In this document: positions 47,879 to 62,689 of the stretch, in pieces
How positions within the stretch are numbered: the first letter of the stretch is position 1
How the letters are laid out: each line of letters starts with the position of its first letter
Source of the DNA: Phoronis australis
Lineage: Eukaryota; Animalia; Phoronida
Assembly: GCA_002633005.1 (NCBI GenBank)
Contig: NMRA01000014.1
Location: 610,955 to 674,954, forward strand
Reading direction: 5' to 3'
DNA length: 64,000 bases
Made by a program: the position numbers and the translations under genes
Notes under the pieces: generated by a model
Databases searched by the model: none
Told to the model about the DNA's origin: nothing
The model's input: only the letters and a program-made list of their open reading frames with translations

Positions 47879-50800
47879 TATTGAAAATCATTTATTAGTT
47901 TAAGTTCCTTGATCGACCGCATTATTACGATTAGTTGTTTCGTTGTAGTTAGTCTCTTTTTTGCACAATAGATTGGGTCATTTTCACCACGTGTTGTGAT
48001 TTCCTTTTCTTTGCAACCAAAAGTGATATATTTCAACAGGTTATGGGACCAGGACGCTATTGTGACTTTGTAGAGGAATTGAATGAAATCTGGACGATTT
48101 TTGTGTGCCACTAATAGGTTGATTTGTGACGTTGTGTCGTTGTTTTTGGACTTGAAAAACGGACGACTGTTGAACGTGAAAAATCAAAGATGGCGGAAAA
48201 AACAGTGATTTCGGTAATTTCATCCCTGGTTGGTAAAAACTATGGAACGTGAAAGGTTCAGTGTCAAATGGCACTGATGAAAGATGGCCTATGGAACATT
48301 GTCGCGGGTAAGGAAGTTCCTCTTTCGGGAGATGATGCTTCAAAACTCGAGAAATACAATGTAAGAAGGGACAAAGCACTTGCTACCATAGTTCTCTCAG
48401 TGGAAACTAGTTTGTTGTACATACTAGGAGACCCCGTGAATGCCTGTGACGTGTGGCAGAAGTTGCAGAACCAGTTTCAAAGGAAAACTTGGGCAAATAA
48501 GCTGTATCTACGTAAGAAACTATATCCAATGAAGTTAAATGCAGGTGATGACGTCAGTGCTCATATCAAATCCATGACTGAGCTTTTTAATGAATTTGCA
48601 GAAATTGGTGATCCAGTAAACGATGAAGATCGTGTTGTGCATCGTCTTGCAAGTCTTTCCGATATGTATGCTGTGTTGGTTACAGCATTGGAGGCTTGCG
48701 AGGAGGTGCCTAGGATGGAATTAGTGACTGAGCGTTTATTACACGAGGAGCGGAAACTTAGCGAACAGTCAGCCGGGGAAGCACTTGTCGCTCGGGAAAA
48801 GACTAGGTCAAACGAGGGTCCTCAGTGTTATTTGATGTACATGTAAATTGTATGGTCACATAAAACGTAATTGTCCAAACGAAGATGTCAGTGATACAAA
48901 ATGCAAAGCTGATACAGCCAACATAGCGACTAAGGACAGTGACAGTGAGGTGTCTGTTGGCTTGCTGATGAATGCAAAGCTTAGTAATGCTAGGTCTACT
49001 CATGAATGGATCATAGACTCGGGAGCATCAACACACATGTGCTACGACAGAGCAAAATATACCGAGTTTACGGAGCTTCAGGACAGTAGAAACGTAACGC
49101 TTGGGGATGGACGTGTTTTAAAAGGAACCAGCCAAGGAGTGGTTGAACTCGAACTTGACTCCCTCAACGGGAATAACACAAAATGTGTGTTAGAAAATGT
49201 TCTGTTTGTACCACGTCTGTCATTCAGTTTGTTAAGCGTTTCACAAGCTATCAGCAAACTTGGCACCATAGAATTCACTGATACTGAAAGTAACATTATG
49301 AATGATGTCGGTAAAGCAGTTGCAAAAGGCCACAAAGTCAATGGGCTGTATAACTTAAATGTAAAGCCCAGGACTGAGTGTTTGTCAGTAGCAGAGACTA
49401 CATGTAACTCACAGTTTGAGTTGTGGCATCGTCGTTTTGGACATTCAGGTGGCCAAAGTTTGAAACAACTGATACGCAGTAACATGACAATTGGACTTGA
49501 CTGAAAGTCGGATTGTGAACAGGGAGTTTGTGAGCCTTGTGTTCAATGTAAACTACACAGAGCCAGCTTTCCAGAAGGCAAGGCTCATCGTAGCAATGTT
49601 CCTCTGGGACTCGTGCACACTGATGTTTGTGGTAAAGTGAGCACAGCTTCCCTCATTGGCCGTGAATACTTTCTATCGTTTGTCGACGATTATTCCCGGT
49701 ATACTTGAGTGTACTTCATCAAGCGTAAGGATCAGGTATTCGATACCTTTTTAGAATGGAAGGCAATGGCTGAGAATCTTACTGGTCAGAAAGACAAAAC
49801 TCTCAGATCTGACAATGGAGGAGAGTACATTTCAAAGCAGTTTGAACAGTGCCTCAGACGAGAAGGAATCAGACACCAAGTAACTGTTCCGAAGACACCA
49901 GAGCAAAACGGAGTTGCCGAAGGAATGAATCGCACCTTTGTCGAAACTGCACGCTCAATGCTTAATGAATCGCTTTTGCCCCAGAAATTTTGGGCAGAGG
50001 CAGTCCCCACTGCTACCTATTTGCGAAACCGAAGTCCTACGAGGGCAGTAAAAGGTCAAACTCCATTTGAGGCCTTGATTGGCGAGAAACCGAGCGTTGA
50101 TACTCTACGTGCTTTTGGCTGCAGAGCATATGCACATGTCCCTAAGGACGAACGTTCAAAGTTTGATTCAAAATCTAGGAAGACCATCTTTCTGGGATAT
50201 GCACCTGATAGTAAGGCATATCGTGTGTATGATATAACTCGTGATCGAGTCATTCTTACTCGTGATGTTGTGTTTGACGAGTACATATTCGGACTCGAGA
50301 AGGAGTATAAAAGGCCAACGGTACTGTCCGAGATAGGTAGTGAGAAATGCATCGAACAGGCGGATTGCAACCAGTCGGAAGTGAATGAAACTCCTGATGA
50401 TTTGGTAGAGTTACGTAGGTCGAACCGCGAGAGACGCAGTCCAGATAGGTATGGTGAATGGGTTTACACTGCTCAAAAAAATCTGAACCTATTTCGGTGG
50501 GCGAAGCATTATCCGGGCCTAACAAGATAAACTGGAGATCTTCTATGGATAAGGAATTGGAATCACTCCGTGAACACAATGTGTGGACATTGGTTGAGCC
50601 CCCAATAAATCGCTCCGTTGTTGGGTGTAAATGGGTGTTTAAAGAGAAACTTGGGTCTGACGGCTGTGTTCAGCGTTACAAGGCACGGTTAGTGGCTCAG
50701 GGTTTCTCATAATGTTTTGGTCAGGACTATGACGACACTTTTAGTCCTGTTGTGAGACCGGAGTCTGTGCGAGCACTGATTGCTCTTGCATTAAAACAAA

Positions 50801-52328
50801 ATATGATGCTTCATCAGATGGATGTGAACACTGCATTTCTAAATGGTGTGTTACATGAGGAGGTGTATATGACACAACCCGAGGGATTTGTTGAGAAAGG
50901 CAAGGAAAACCTTGTCTGTAAGCTCAACAAGAGTATTTATGGGTTGAAACAGTCACCTCGCTGTTGGAACATTGTTTTGGATGAGCTTTTGCATAACATT
51001 GGTTTTAAACTTTCGGATAATGATCCATGCATTTATATGTTGGATGGTGGTACTGCTATACTAGCAGTTTATGTCAATGACATAATTATTGCTGCAACTG
51101 ATGATGAAGAAATGTCAGTGACTAAGCGATCAATTAAGGCAAAATTCAAAGTAACTGACATGGGTGAATTGAAATACTTCTTGGGGGTTGTGATTGATCA
51201 GCTATCAAGTGATTGCTCAGTTAGTTTTTCACAATCAGCTTACACGACCAAAGTTTGGTATGAGCGACTGTAAGCCAGTCAGTACCCCTATGGAAATGGG
51301 TTTAAAACTTGAACCAAATGATGTTGCTACTTTTGCTCAGGAATTATGTCAGTCTGCTGTTGGAAGTTTACTATATCTGAGTCAGTGGACAAGGCCAGAT
51401 ATAGCATTTGCAGTGAGTCGTGTTTCGCAGTTCTACTAGAAACCGACCGAAAACCACTGGTCTGCTGTTAAGCGGATAATGCGATACTTGAAAAGAACGG
51501 TTAATTTTGGATTGCGATTTCCAAGAAGTGAGCTCTCGGACTGTGTTGGATATTCCAGATTCCGACTGTGGAGGAGATATCGTACGTAGATCGACATCTG
51601 GATATATCTCTTATGTGACTGGATCAGTTGTCAGATGGAGAAGCAAACGTCAATCATGTGTTGCTCTGTCATCAGCTGAAGCGGAGTATGTTGCCTTGGG
51701 GATGGCTGCGCAAGAAGCCAATGCTTTCCAAACTTGTGCTCGAGTTGAGTGGAATTCAAAAACCGGTGACTATTTTTGAGGATAACCAGGCAGCCATATC
51801 AATGTGTCACAATCAAAAATTTCATGGTCGTGCCAAACATATTGAAATCAAACATCATTTTATCCGCGATCTGGTCAGCACTGGTTCTATTGACTTAAAG
51901 TATTGTTGTGGTGCACTAATGTTAGCAGACATGTTGACGAAGCCATTGCCAAGAGAAACATTTGAAAAACTCCGGGCCACGGCAGGAATTAGTTAAACAT
52001 TAGTTTGTTAGTTGCTCAACGGTTAACATAAGTGAGGAGGAGTGTTGGCATTTATTAGTTAACGTCTAGTTGATACCTTATCATAACTGCATTGAGGACT
52101 TTGAGAATACCTTTTATTAGTTATGTTTGAACTTAAACACTAACAACTGAGGAGTAGTGTTGAAAATCATTTATTAGTTTAAGTTCCTTCTATGTTACAT
52201 CGACCGCATTATTACGATTTGTTGTTTCGTTGTAGTTAGTCTCTTTTTTGGCACAATATATTGGGTCATTTTCACCACGTGATGGTATTTAATTTTTTCT
52301 TTCCAACCAAAAGTGATATATTTCAACA
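47879..52328 (+). mobile_element. Full-length decayed Ty1/Copia LTR retrotransposon
   Basis: LTRs at 47879-48038 (TA(mutated TG)TTGA...TCAACA) and 52158-52328 (TGTTGA...TCAACA). 5-bp TSD TCAAG (47874-47878 and 52329-52333). PBS GGTTATGGGACCAG; PPT TGAGGAGTAG. Confidence 0.95.
48190..51996 (+). pseudogene. Copia gag-pol (gag, protease, integrase, RT, RNase H) with stops and frameshifts
   Basis: WIIDSGASTHM (protease), LWHRRFGH (GAG-pre-integrase), LRSDNGGEY...QNGVAE (integrase), HQMDVNTAFLNG and YVNDI (RT), SSAEAEY...FEDNQ...KHIEIKHHFIR...ADMLTKPL (RNase H). Confidence 0.95.
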
Positions 52329-53140
52329 TCAAGACCTTGGCACCCAGTTCTGTTGCAAACTTGAGGTACATGCCATAAAAAGAGAAATAACGCATGATTT
52401 TTTTCAAAAAGCGAAATTTCACCAAACCAAACTCATGTGCTCAGTCTCAAACAATCTATGATTTTGGGTATAGAGTTTAAAGGTTAGTTTTTGTATGAAT
52501 TCACTATTAACGTGTTAAATAAGGCCTTTGGCAATCCAAAGCTGTCATGAGAAGTTTATGTAGTCCCAGTACGGTAAACTTAGCTTTGTGCTATCTTTTT
52601 CTGTAAACAGTGTTTACAATGGAATTAACCACATGGTGAGTAATAATCTACCAGGTCCTGATATTGACTGTTTTAACTTGGACATTCCAGAGGATGGTTT
52701 TCTCGATTCCCGCCCAAATGTGTAGAGTCTATGGTTTGTCTATGGGTTGATCAATGAGAGTAAGATATTCCTAGACGTATTGTTGGCTGCCAAGGGCCAC
52801 TCTGTGTAATGTATCATTGTTTTCTTTGCTCAGTGGTGTTTTACTGCTTAAGTAATTAACATTCACTCAAAAAAGCTGCATTAAGAGTCTAGAATTTGAG
52901 ACTGATAGTGTTGAGCATTAATATATTTTGAATGGTTTCTCTGTTGGGTTTACACGTTGGTCTTGTAAAGAAGTGTTGTAATATCACCACCAGATTACTC
53001 CCGGTTAATATCAGAAAATGTTATAACTTTTGACCATAGGCCGTGACCAAACAACTAAGAGAGCATGTTTTTGTTAAGAAAAGTTGTCATTAAACAAGCT
53101 ATAAAATGTGGTTTTAAAAAGTTCAGTCCATGACTGATTT

Positions 53141-54060
53141 CATGCGTCCACATATTTATATGCTGGTGCATATTGCCGTCATCTCCTTTTTGGTGTCAGA
53201 TGACCGTCGTCCGCGACGTCAGCAAGTGTACAGGTAGATGTATCTCCTAAGCCCCTCACAGCATCTTGGTGAGATTTGATTGTATGAAGATAGCAACTTG
53301 CGACGACGACGTTCGAACCGCTCCGACCACTGGTTTGCCCCTCGGTGGCAATTCTATTTTTTTACTTTTACCTCTGTATCTTCGGAGATAATCAACGTAT
53401 TTTCAATAAATTTGACAGTTAGGCATCGATTAGTGTGATGGAATTATTCTCCAGTTTTTTGGATGAACCTGTGGTAATTTAATTGCGTCACTTAGTGCCT
53501 ACTTTTACTTTTTTTCCAATCTTTTTTGGCTTCTGGCCATCTCTCGAGTAAACTGCTCTAGGAATGATTGTGAAAAGTGGCTTCCGTGTTCTCATTGTGA
53601 AGAGGGCGACTGACGATGACTTTGCGACGATGTGGACTTAAGTGGCGCCCCCTAGTGGCAGTTTAGTTTATTTCTCGCCGTGGTTGTATCTCCAAAGTAT
53701 ACGTGAAGATGACGATGACTTTCAGACGAATCAAACTGGCAGAATTGACTTCATACTTCTCCGGTTTTCGTATTGATTCGAGGTACATGTGCGGAGATTT
53801 TTACTGTTTTTGAGTGTGTTTTTGGCGTCTTCTCCTTTTGTCACGTAAACCACTCCATGGATAGTTTTGGAAATTGGTATGTATGTTCCAAATGAGAAGA
53901 GGACGGCTGGTATTCCAACGACCTCGGCTCCTGTGGCTCCTCTTGTGGTATTTTTTTACGCCCTGTCTGTATCCCTTGAATTTTATTGTTAAGTTTAGCA
54001 AGTGTTTTACATGAAGTTCACAATGAACGACGACCACCTAGAGGTAATTTCATTTTTTTT
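53141..54060 (+). mobile_element. Helentron/DINE-1-like repeat, copy 3
   Basis: Starts ATGCGTCCACATATTTATATG...GCATATTGCCGTCATCT and contains GCGCCCCCTAGTGGC internal repeats, homologous to copies 1 and 2. Confidence 0.65.
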
Positions 54061-57000
54061 TCTTTCTATTAATATATGTATTTTGTAGCTCCTATCATGA
54101 TACCAGGCTGAAGCTCTTCACCCTAGCAAAAGTAGAAACTTTCGGAGCGTGATTGGAGGGGCCCATTACAAATGTTATTGAATAACAGAGATGTCTGTAT
54201 TGTAATAGAGACTAATCTAAAGCCATCAAAAAAGAGCCGGCAAATTATGAAATTTTAGAGGACCCAATGTAAAGATAGACACACCTTCAGACACCTCGTG
54301 ATACTTAGAGGGCCCTGACCAAGGATAGACAAAAATTAACGCCCCCTTTAGTAACGTTAAAAGTCCTGAACGGGATGCGTTCTACATTATTATCTGTGGC
54401 CCCGCTCTTCGACCGCCTTCCTTTGTTGACCTATATTAACATAAGAGGTCCCTCTTTTGAGGCCCGAAATTCTTTCCTATGTCATTTAATAAAAATAAAT
54501 CATTTTAAATAATAAAGTGCAATATGTAGTTATAGCACTGGGTGCTTTTCGAAGTTTTTTTTTTCTTTCCTGAGCTGAACAATACATGTGTCACTGAGCA
54601 ATTTGTCATACCAAGACAGCAGCTCCTTTACTTTCTTCGTATCCTTTGTGACGTAAAACAGTGCCGTTTATGAAGAAGCTGGTTTTGTGTGAGATAAATT
54701 CCCTTCCAACACCTACCACCCACAATGACTTCTACTTTCTTTTCATACAGACTTCAGTTTTAACTAATATGACAAACGCTTGCTTCTTTTTCCTGGTCAT
54801 CAAAGTAAACCTATTGCAGTATTTGACAAACTCTGAGATACGTGTACTGCTCAAAATTATAAATAAAGAGTATACATTGCCAAGCACTTACCACCAAGTT
54901 GCTGCTTTTTGACACGTACCCAGGAAAGTACTTGAGTTTGTCCCATTTTTTGGTTTTTTACTTCACAGGAAATATAATATCCATATCTCAATTCCTTTAA
55001 CTCGGGTATCACAATTGTGCCAGCCCTCTTACTTCGGAGTGTTGATTCTGGAACACAAAGCAACACTTATATTATAAAAGTTTTATCGCAACTCTTCCAT
55101 ATTCATAAGCGCACATTAAGATTGTACATGTGCGTGTATGACATTCCAAGACTATCACTTCCTGCTGAAATAGTTCGTGCACTCGTTAATCTAAACAGAA
55201 ATGATTCTTTATTTCGACCCTTTCCCTGACATTCCCAAGTTATGTCATGTGATATTACATTTCCAAACAACAAAAACGAGTGAAAGATAATTCCGTTAAC
55301 CTTTGCCAGTAAGGATTTTCCTGCACTGCATCACCTGTACTTTCTACTTATTAAATTAAAACTCCGAACTATTTTGGTTCCGAATACATGTGCGCAAAAG
55401 ATTTTGCCGTACTCTACAGTTGTATGATGAAGGAAATGTAGTGCCTTATCGAAAATATCTAATATCTGACTAAATATCTACAAACAACTAGCTCGGTGGC
55501 AGCCCTACATTAAAACAAACTTGGCAAAGACAGGTCTGTACTTTTTGTCGGGCAGCTTAATAAAATATATAATGGCTTAATATACACCCTATGACAATGT
55601 TCCACCATCCAGCATGCAGTTGTAAAGCAAAGTGTCAAAGCAAAAGACGAACACATCATTTCAAATAGTAGTTATATGTCGAGATCACTTGGAACTAAGT
55701 GAAAGCGAAATACACTGTGAAATAAATCATCACAGCAGGTACAATGTACAAGAGCATACCCACGGTGAGTGTAAATGTACGTAATAGACGGTATAGAAAC
55801 TCAACGACCCTCACACCCCACGACCCAATAGCCCTTAGACTCATGAACAGTGGTAATGGATGTATCAGCGCCATTTACACATTTCGTAATCGTGTTACGT
55901 CGGTGTATAACTTTCCCCATCAGGTTTGCCCGCACGCGAATCTGCTCTGGCTCAGTTTTATTGGTTAAAAAAAGAACCAGAAAGTAGCGTAATAACATGA
56001 TCTGAAACAGCAAATTGTGAGTGTGCTTTCATTGCCGCGCAAATAGTTCCACGAGCGGCTAACAATGACTATTCTACTATACTTACTGTGAGAGTACGTT
56101 AACGTAAGTGTCCACAATTTCACAGTTTTATTATTAACTTTCTGTTGTATACTAGTTTACCATAAACTCCTTGAAACTCTAAGGTACTATTGCATTAGCA
56201 GTTTGTTTTTTTTTTCGAACCGTATTCACCGAAGAAATTATACAGTCGTCGGTTCCTGGCACTTTCTCAAAAAATTGAATCTGCCATTCACTGAAGAACA
56301 GACGAGACGATAAAACTTTGGCAGACACATTTGTTACGATGGCAACTATTTGTTTTGATTTGGTCGCATTTTTTCCGTTTCTGGCTTATAAAGTTGCCGA
56401 ATTGACTCTCTTACTTGCAATAACAAAAAGTAGAAAGCCAGCCGAGCTCAGGGCCCTACTAGTTGGTCCTGCAAGACAGCGTTTGTTCAAATCGAGTCGA
56501 TCTTACTGTATGTAGACAGTGTCGATGGGGTTGAGGGCAGTGTGTCGAGGAGATCGTGGGTCAAGGGGATTGAGGGCAGTGTATCGAGGGGATCGTGGGT
56601 CGAGGGGGTCGTGCATTTTGGGATCTAGTGAATAGAGGGGTTTTAGAACAATTCCACAGGGAATTTACCGGGATCTGGTAAATACACGTGAACTACTCAT
56701 GCAGCTCATATTTTCTGTGGCTTTTCGATTGATTTGAAAGTCAAAACGGAAGATTTTCAGAAGACTCTTACAATACAAGCCCATAATACAAGTACATGTA
56801 ATATTAAAATTACGTGCCAGAAAAAAAGAACCCCATGTTTGAATTTCGCCACCAGTGTCCAGGTCGATGCACAGGAGAAGAAGACTTCTGTCGAATCTTA
56901 CTCAGACCAGCATGCCTACGCAAAGGCCATGTATGACGATACACTACAAGTCCTGATATACGGAGCCACCCACAAGTCGGGAACGATTTCTGAGCTTCCT

Positions 57001-59342
57001 TTCCCATAATAAACTCCGATACTGTGTTGAAAGTCAAAGAATGGGATCTGCAGTCACAACCATGCCACCGACGCGTCTGTCCGTGTTCATCACCTCCGCC
57101 ATTTGCAATGCTGACATATCAACAAGTGGTAACAGTTTGAAATTAGCCAAGTTCAGTGCTCTAGTGGTAAAACGAGAGGTACAGTAAGTAGGCGCCCAGA
57201 GCCCACCGTATCACCTTGAGCAGTGAACGTAACTTACTGTGCCTAGGCTCTACGTTCAAATGTCAAAAGGTGGTTGAATGAGCCTACGAGCACCTACGCC
57301 CCGCTACAGCATTGGCCGAGTTCATTAATCTAGAGGGCGATTTCCTACCTTTGTTAGGCAGAGTGACTACCATGGCGGATACCTGGTCAGGCAAGTTCAG
57401 ACTGTCCAAAATTCATTGAGGGGGAAGAAAATAGTAAACTGAAGTAAGCACAGCCATGAACCTTCCGTTGACAGGGCTGGTGTCATAAACAGGAACTATT
57501 ATGTAGACAATGGAGCAGGGTCAAAGGGTAAGTCACCTTCAGGGAACAAGGCTAACCAACTGCGACAACTGGTGGTTCAGAATCAAAGCTAGGAGATCAA
57601 ATCTCAGGAACATTTTTTGTTATCAAGCACTTTGTATTCAAATATTTGTAATGAGAACATACACGATGTAGTACACAAAAATACTAAAGGGATCTACACG
57701 ACTGCCTTTGTTAGTTTCAATGAACAATAATAGGCGTTGAATCTGTTGAGGGAAATACAGACGGCCATGTAAGAACTTTCCTGTATTCATCTCCTGCTTT
57801 ACTTGTACTTCAACCGTGACCTCTGACATTTAAAGTTTAATGTCAACTCGAAGTCGTTAGCCGTTTCAATCACCCAACTTTTGGCAAATAGTTTGAAGTA
57901 ATATAATTATAGAAGTGTAAATAACGCTCAACATACAGGTGTCAATCGTAACATCTGGAACAGGAGTGGTAATTATATGACAGTTCTGTCACAGTTTTCA
58001 TTTGTTAAATATTTTAGTGTCTGTAACACAGGCGCCGATTCATCGGTACAGGTGACTACAATATAAAATATTGCTCTTATTTAAATATTCTGGAGGAGAT
58101 GTTACAAGTTCAGTGAAAAGTTGCCCTTGTTTTCATCTTAGTTATATCTTTTTAAGTAATAAATCGTCACTTTTAAAACTGTTTCCTTTACTAGAGAAAA
58201 CTTGCAGTACATAAAGGATGTGATCCGCCACGCGAACAGCCGAAGTAAATTAGATTTAAAAATGGGCAAAAAATTTTAGGAATTCGAAGTGTGTGGGATA
58301 AATACAAAACGTACCTCGATTGGTGTACATTACGTAAAATCCCACTCGACATTATTCCACGTATCGAATTGGACCTTCGGTTACGGTCGATACGCGGAAT
58401 ATTGTCTCGTGAGATATTACATGTACATGTACTTCATGTACGCCATTCTCTGTACGTTCTGTAAATGTACAAAACAGTATCAAAGCAAAACTGAAACATA
58501 CATACATATAAGTACCTGTTTGTCAATAATGAATACGGAAGTGTCATTGTTACCGTAAAATCTCACTAATTTAGGATACTTTGTGACCGACAAATGAATT
58601 TTTTGCTGAACAAAACTCCATGTATTACAAAATAAATGCTATGAGTTTCAAAAGATCTTCACCATGCATGTAGCTGCATGTACCAAAAGGCTACAAGTCG
58701 GAGAATCTGCGGGATTTAGAGCTACATATATTTAAATCAATTAGAATGTAAGAAATTGATAATTTTTGTTCCAAATTGATGAGATTTTTCTGTAATACGA
58801 AAAAGTATGCATAACTTGGAACCTGTGTGAATATGATCACGCTTTTCAAGGTTCCGTTACCAAATATACATTGTAGCGCCTGTGAACTTTCTCCCCGAGT
58901 AACAATCTAAACTAAGCTACCCAGACTCTCTGACAAAACAACTGCAAATGCAATTTGTGGTATAAGTGTCACGTAACTAAGCACATCCGTACAAAATATG
59001 TTATTTTAAGGTAAACAAATTCGCAATACGGCGTTTTAAAAGCACCAGTGCAAGCGTAGGCCAACAAAATAAGGAAATAGCAAATTTTACAACACTCAAG
59101 TTTTAAACTGATCAAAAAAACCTTAGCGGGGTACACAAGAGTGACAGACAAAGCAAATTTGAGAAACGTCGACAACCCAAAGTACATTTAAACATAGACT
59201 ATAGTACATGGACCGCCAACTCCGTGCATTTTCAATGGACGAAATCTGTGATCTTACGCATAAGCCCTTACGTCATTATTCACTGGCGACACTTGGCTAA
59301 ATTTTCTGGTGCAATTTTTGGAAAGTACATCGTCTGCTAATC

Positions 59343-59547
59343 ATGGTCAGCTTCTGTGTGGCCGGTTGTTCGGCCACACAGGAGAAATGCAAAGGAAGCT
59401 TCCATACCATCCGAAAACCCCATAATCGGCTGTGGGAAGAAAAGCTTATTTCTTTTGTCACCGTGAATGGCAGTTGCTTCAGTAATATGACTTTATACAT
59501 TTGTTCTGAAAGGCACTTTGAAGATGAACGTTTTTAAGAGGATCTGG
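59343..59547 (+). pseudogene. Degraded THAP-domain exon (Kolobok/THAP transposon remnant)
   Basis: MVSFCVAGCS...SFHTI...ICSERHFEDERF*EDL followed by a gtaag donor. Confidence 0.65.
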
Positions 59548-62500
59548 TAAGCCTACTACTTAATCCTCCTTTCACAAATCTAGTTTTGTTTTCTCAGTTT
59601 TGATGAAAACTATCTGGAAAACATTTTGACGAAAATTGTTCGCTAAATTTCTTCCATAGGTAGTGACTCATGAACTCCTGTCCTTACCAGGAACTTCCGC
59701 CATAGTCTAGTGAGCGAATTAACCAAATTACTCTTCCCTGGCCCTGATCAGACGTTTGGTCTCAGCAGAATGCGCACATTTGGCCAGCCTTTGGACCAGT
59801 AATTTCAACAAATTCACATTTCCGTATAAATAAATAGAACGCTGGTAAAACCTTTAACATCAATTAAGATTACATTAATACTTCGGAAATAACCACATGG
59901 ACTAGTCAAAATCCATCTCGCAATTCAACAGCATGTTACACACTCATTTCATGTCGAATATATGCAGCACAAAATCTCTCAACTGCGGTCTATGAAAATG
60001 CAACCAACTTCTTTCAAAACATGGAACAGGAAATTACACCAGAATGGTGTGAAGTTTTTTTTATACTTCAATGTTAATTTTTTGTAAGCGGACTAATGGT
60101 TTTTGAATTTCCGCCTTAAGTCCTAACATTTCCAAACTTAAGCCTTTCAAACGAACGTTTATAACGAACACAAAATCCTCCAACCGGTTTTGTAAAGTCC
60201 TATGTCACCTGTAGGGTACATAATGAACCAATCCCACCCCTAATGTAACATACGTGTGCCGTGCATACAGGATACTAAGTATTGCCCTCCTGAAATATTA
60301 CCGTATTCGCCATAATAAGCGGCCAGGGCGCTTAGAAAAATCCGCTTCAGGAAGGGGGCGCATATTATAGCCCAAAAGTGGTTGAAACCCGGCCTCCGAA
60401 ACAGGTGAAATCGTAAGCAAGAATTCATCAAATTCACGCTCTGTGACCCATCTGTAACCTATGACAGAGTTTCTACAAAACTGTAGTGCATTGCTATCAA
60501 ACTTTGTTGTTAGCTTACGAGCATTTTTCAGAAAATCCCACTGCCAAAAATTGCCTCAGCTTGGTTTAACTATATATCAATAAACCATAAAAATAGTTCC
60601 AAGTTATCAGTGCAATGTACCCATATGCGCTGCCTGCGCATGTCTGCTAAAATGTGTACCATGCAGCTCCTGATTTAAACAAAGGCCTCGTTTTTTTTAA
60701 AGTGTAAGTGTACCTCGAATTGAAACTCCAATGTTCTGTTTTGTGATCAATTAAGTTTAGTTCATGCGTCAACTTGTCAATACTGGTGCTAGAAGTCTGC
60801 TAACGGCCGACATTCAAGGGGGGTAGATGTTTTTCGAAGCACTTTTAAGCAATCTATTCTCTAAACCGAGGGATTGTACTATTCACAAAGTGAGTCTGGA
60901 AGGGTGTAGAGAAGGGGTACATAAGATAAAGCAAACACTTTGATCAACCTCCCCTCTTTCCCCAGACCTTTATTTACCCAATCGAGACCATACCACCAAT
61001 AATACAAAAGCTAAGATAGCCGGTCATCTGAGATATAAATTGATCAACATTTGTTATTGTTCCCACTAATGTGCCTTTGACTGTACCCCTTTGCCCTGGG
61101 GAGGTGCCATTCGCATCATATAGTCATGCAATGATTTGACAACTCCAACTTGAGAACCAGCTTTTTCCACTGAATAACACGCTCAAATTGATTTCCTCCC
61201 ACTCCCACTCATGGTACTGTATGATCTCATTTTATTGATAACAAGCTTCGGTCTACCAACACTACCCAAGTTTGCTTGCATTCAACCTGAGGCTGTCATC
61301 GCTCATACATTGCTTTGTATTGAAAAGGACTAGTAAAGTGTTAAGTCCCTGGTGATAGACGATGACTTTCTTGTGGCAATGAAATTCCACGAATATTTTT
61401 GCGATTCAAGTCAAAGTTTGAAAACTGCCAAAAAGTAGAAATCCAACCCACGACTATCGAGTGACAAGCAGGATCTATCCAACCACAGTAACAACACCCA
61501 GTCATAACAGTGATACAGCAAGACAACATTGCAGGTTTTACTCGACTCCAGCAAAGGTTTAATATAAAATCCAGTAGGAGTTTTCCCCAGCTAACGGTTT
61601 CATTTGATTCTAAACCGGAACAATATCGTCATCAAACTGTTCAAGAAACGAAAAAAATACTTAACGAACTTCTTTCCTTCGAAGCAGTGCCGGACACAGC
61701 TGACTATTTGTCTCGAATTGCGAAAAGGTCAAACCGCACAGCATCATGGGTAACATTAGTTTATTTCGATCAAGCAGATTTTAAGAAAACAAAAAGAAAA
61801 AAATACAAGAAAATTATGCACAACCAATAAGTAGATCGAACTCATACTTACGGAAAGTTCTACTTAGGTATCAGAGTTGTATGGTTTTTATGCAGAGCCA
61901 TGGTGTTTTAAAACGGATCGTATGACTTTAATGCTGTCCTGTGATTACATGTACGTAAGCAATGACGCAGTGACATTACTGTGCAAGGAAATCAGAAAAC
62001 TATATCCAAGGCAAAGCCTAATAATGCGATGGGTATTGACCATACCCCCAATGAATTTCTTAAACACCCCACGGCAGTGGTGATCTATATGAAACATTTC
62101 AAACTATTTTGTTTCACGTTGAATTCCAATGTAATATTTTCCTATTCCAAAAATTTGCACAAGGGTCCTCGTGTTCCATTAATTTACAGGGAAATCAATC
62201 TACTTCACTGTGTCTATGAAATTTATAGTGGTTTTTTGACTGGTAGGATACTCTAATCTCTTATGTTGAAACGTATATTCTGCTTGCTGAGGAGCAAACA
62301 CGTTTTCGACAATTTAGTTCATGCATCGACCATGCTTTTTCATTGGAGTCTAGCTACATGTATAATACAAAACAGAAAATTAAAGAAAATCTTCGTGCAT
62401 CTGTAACATTTAGTGATACGGATATGGCATTCGACCCTGGAGATAGTAATTGATCATTCTATAAACGTTTATTAAATAAAATCGATGGTCACATACGTAC

Positions 62501-62689
62501 AGTGTATGGTATAATGCCATAAAATCTATTTATTCCGACCCTGTGGCTCATGGAGATTTTTAGAAATTGTTCTAATGATTGGTTCCCAAGAAGTTTTGCT
62601 GTATATGCCACTGTGATCCGCTACCACCAGGGCCCGGTCTCCAATCTCCGTACTCAGACTCATACTCATACTCGAGATTTCNGGATCCC

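Noticed and set aside
57145-57420. tRNA gene or tRNA-derived SINE
   Set aside because: An A-box-like CTAGTGGTAA and CCTTGAGCA are present, but there is no convincing B box or cloverleaf; too weak to call.
61510-61830. 106-aa ORF
   Set aside because: Non-ATG start, no recognisable motif and no clear splice support.
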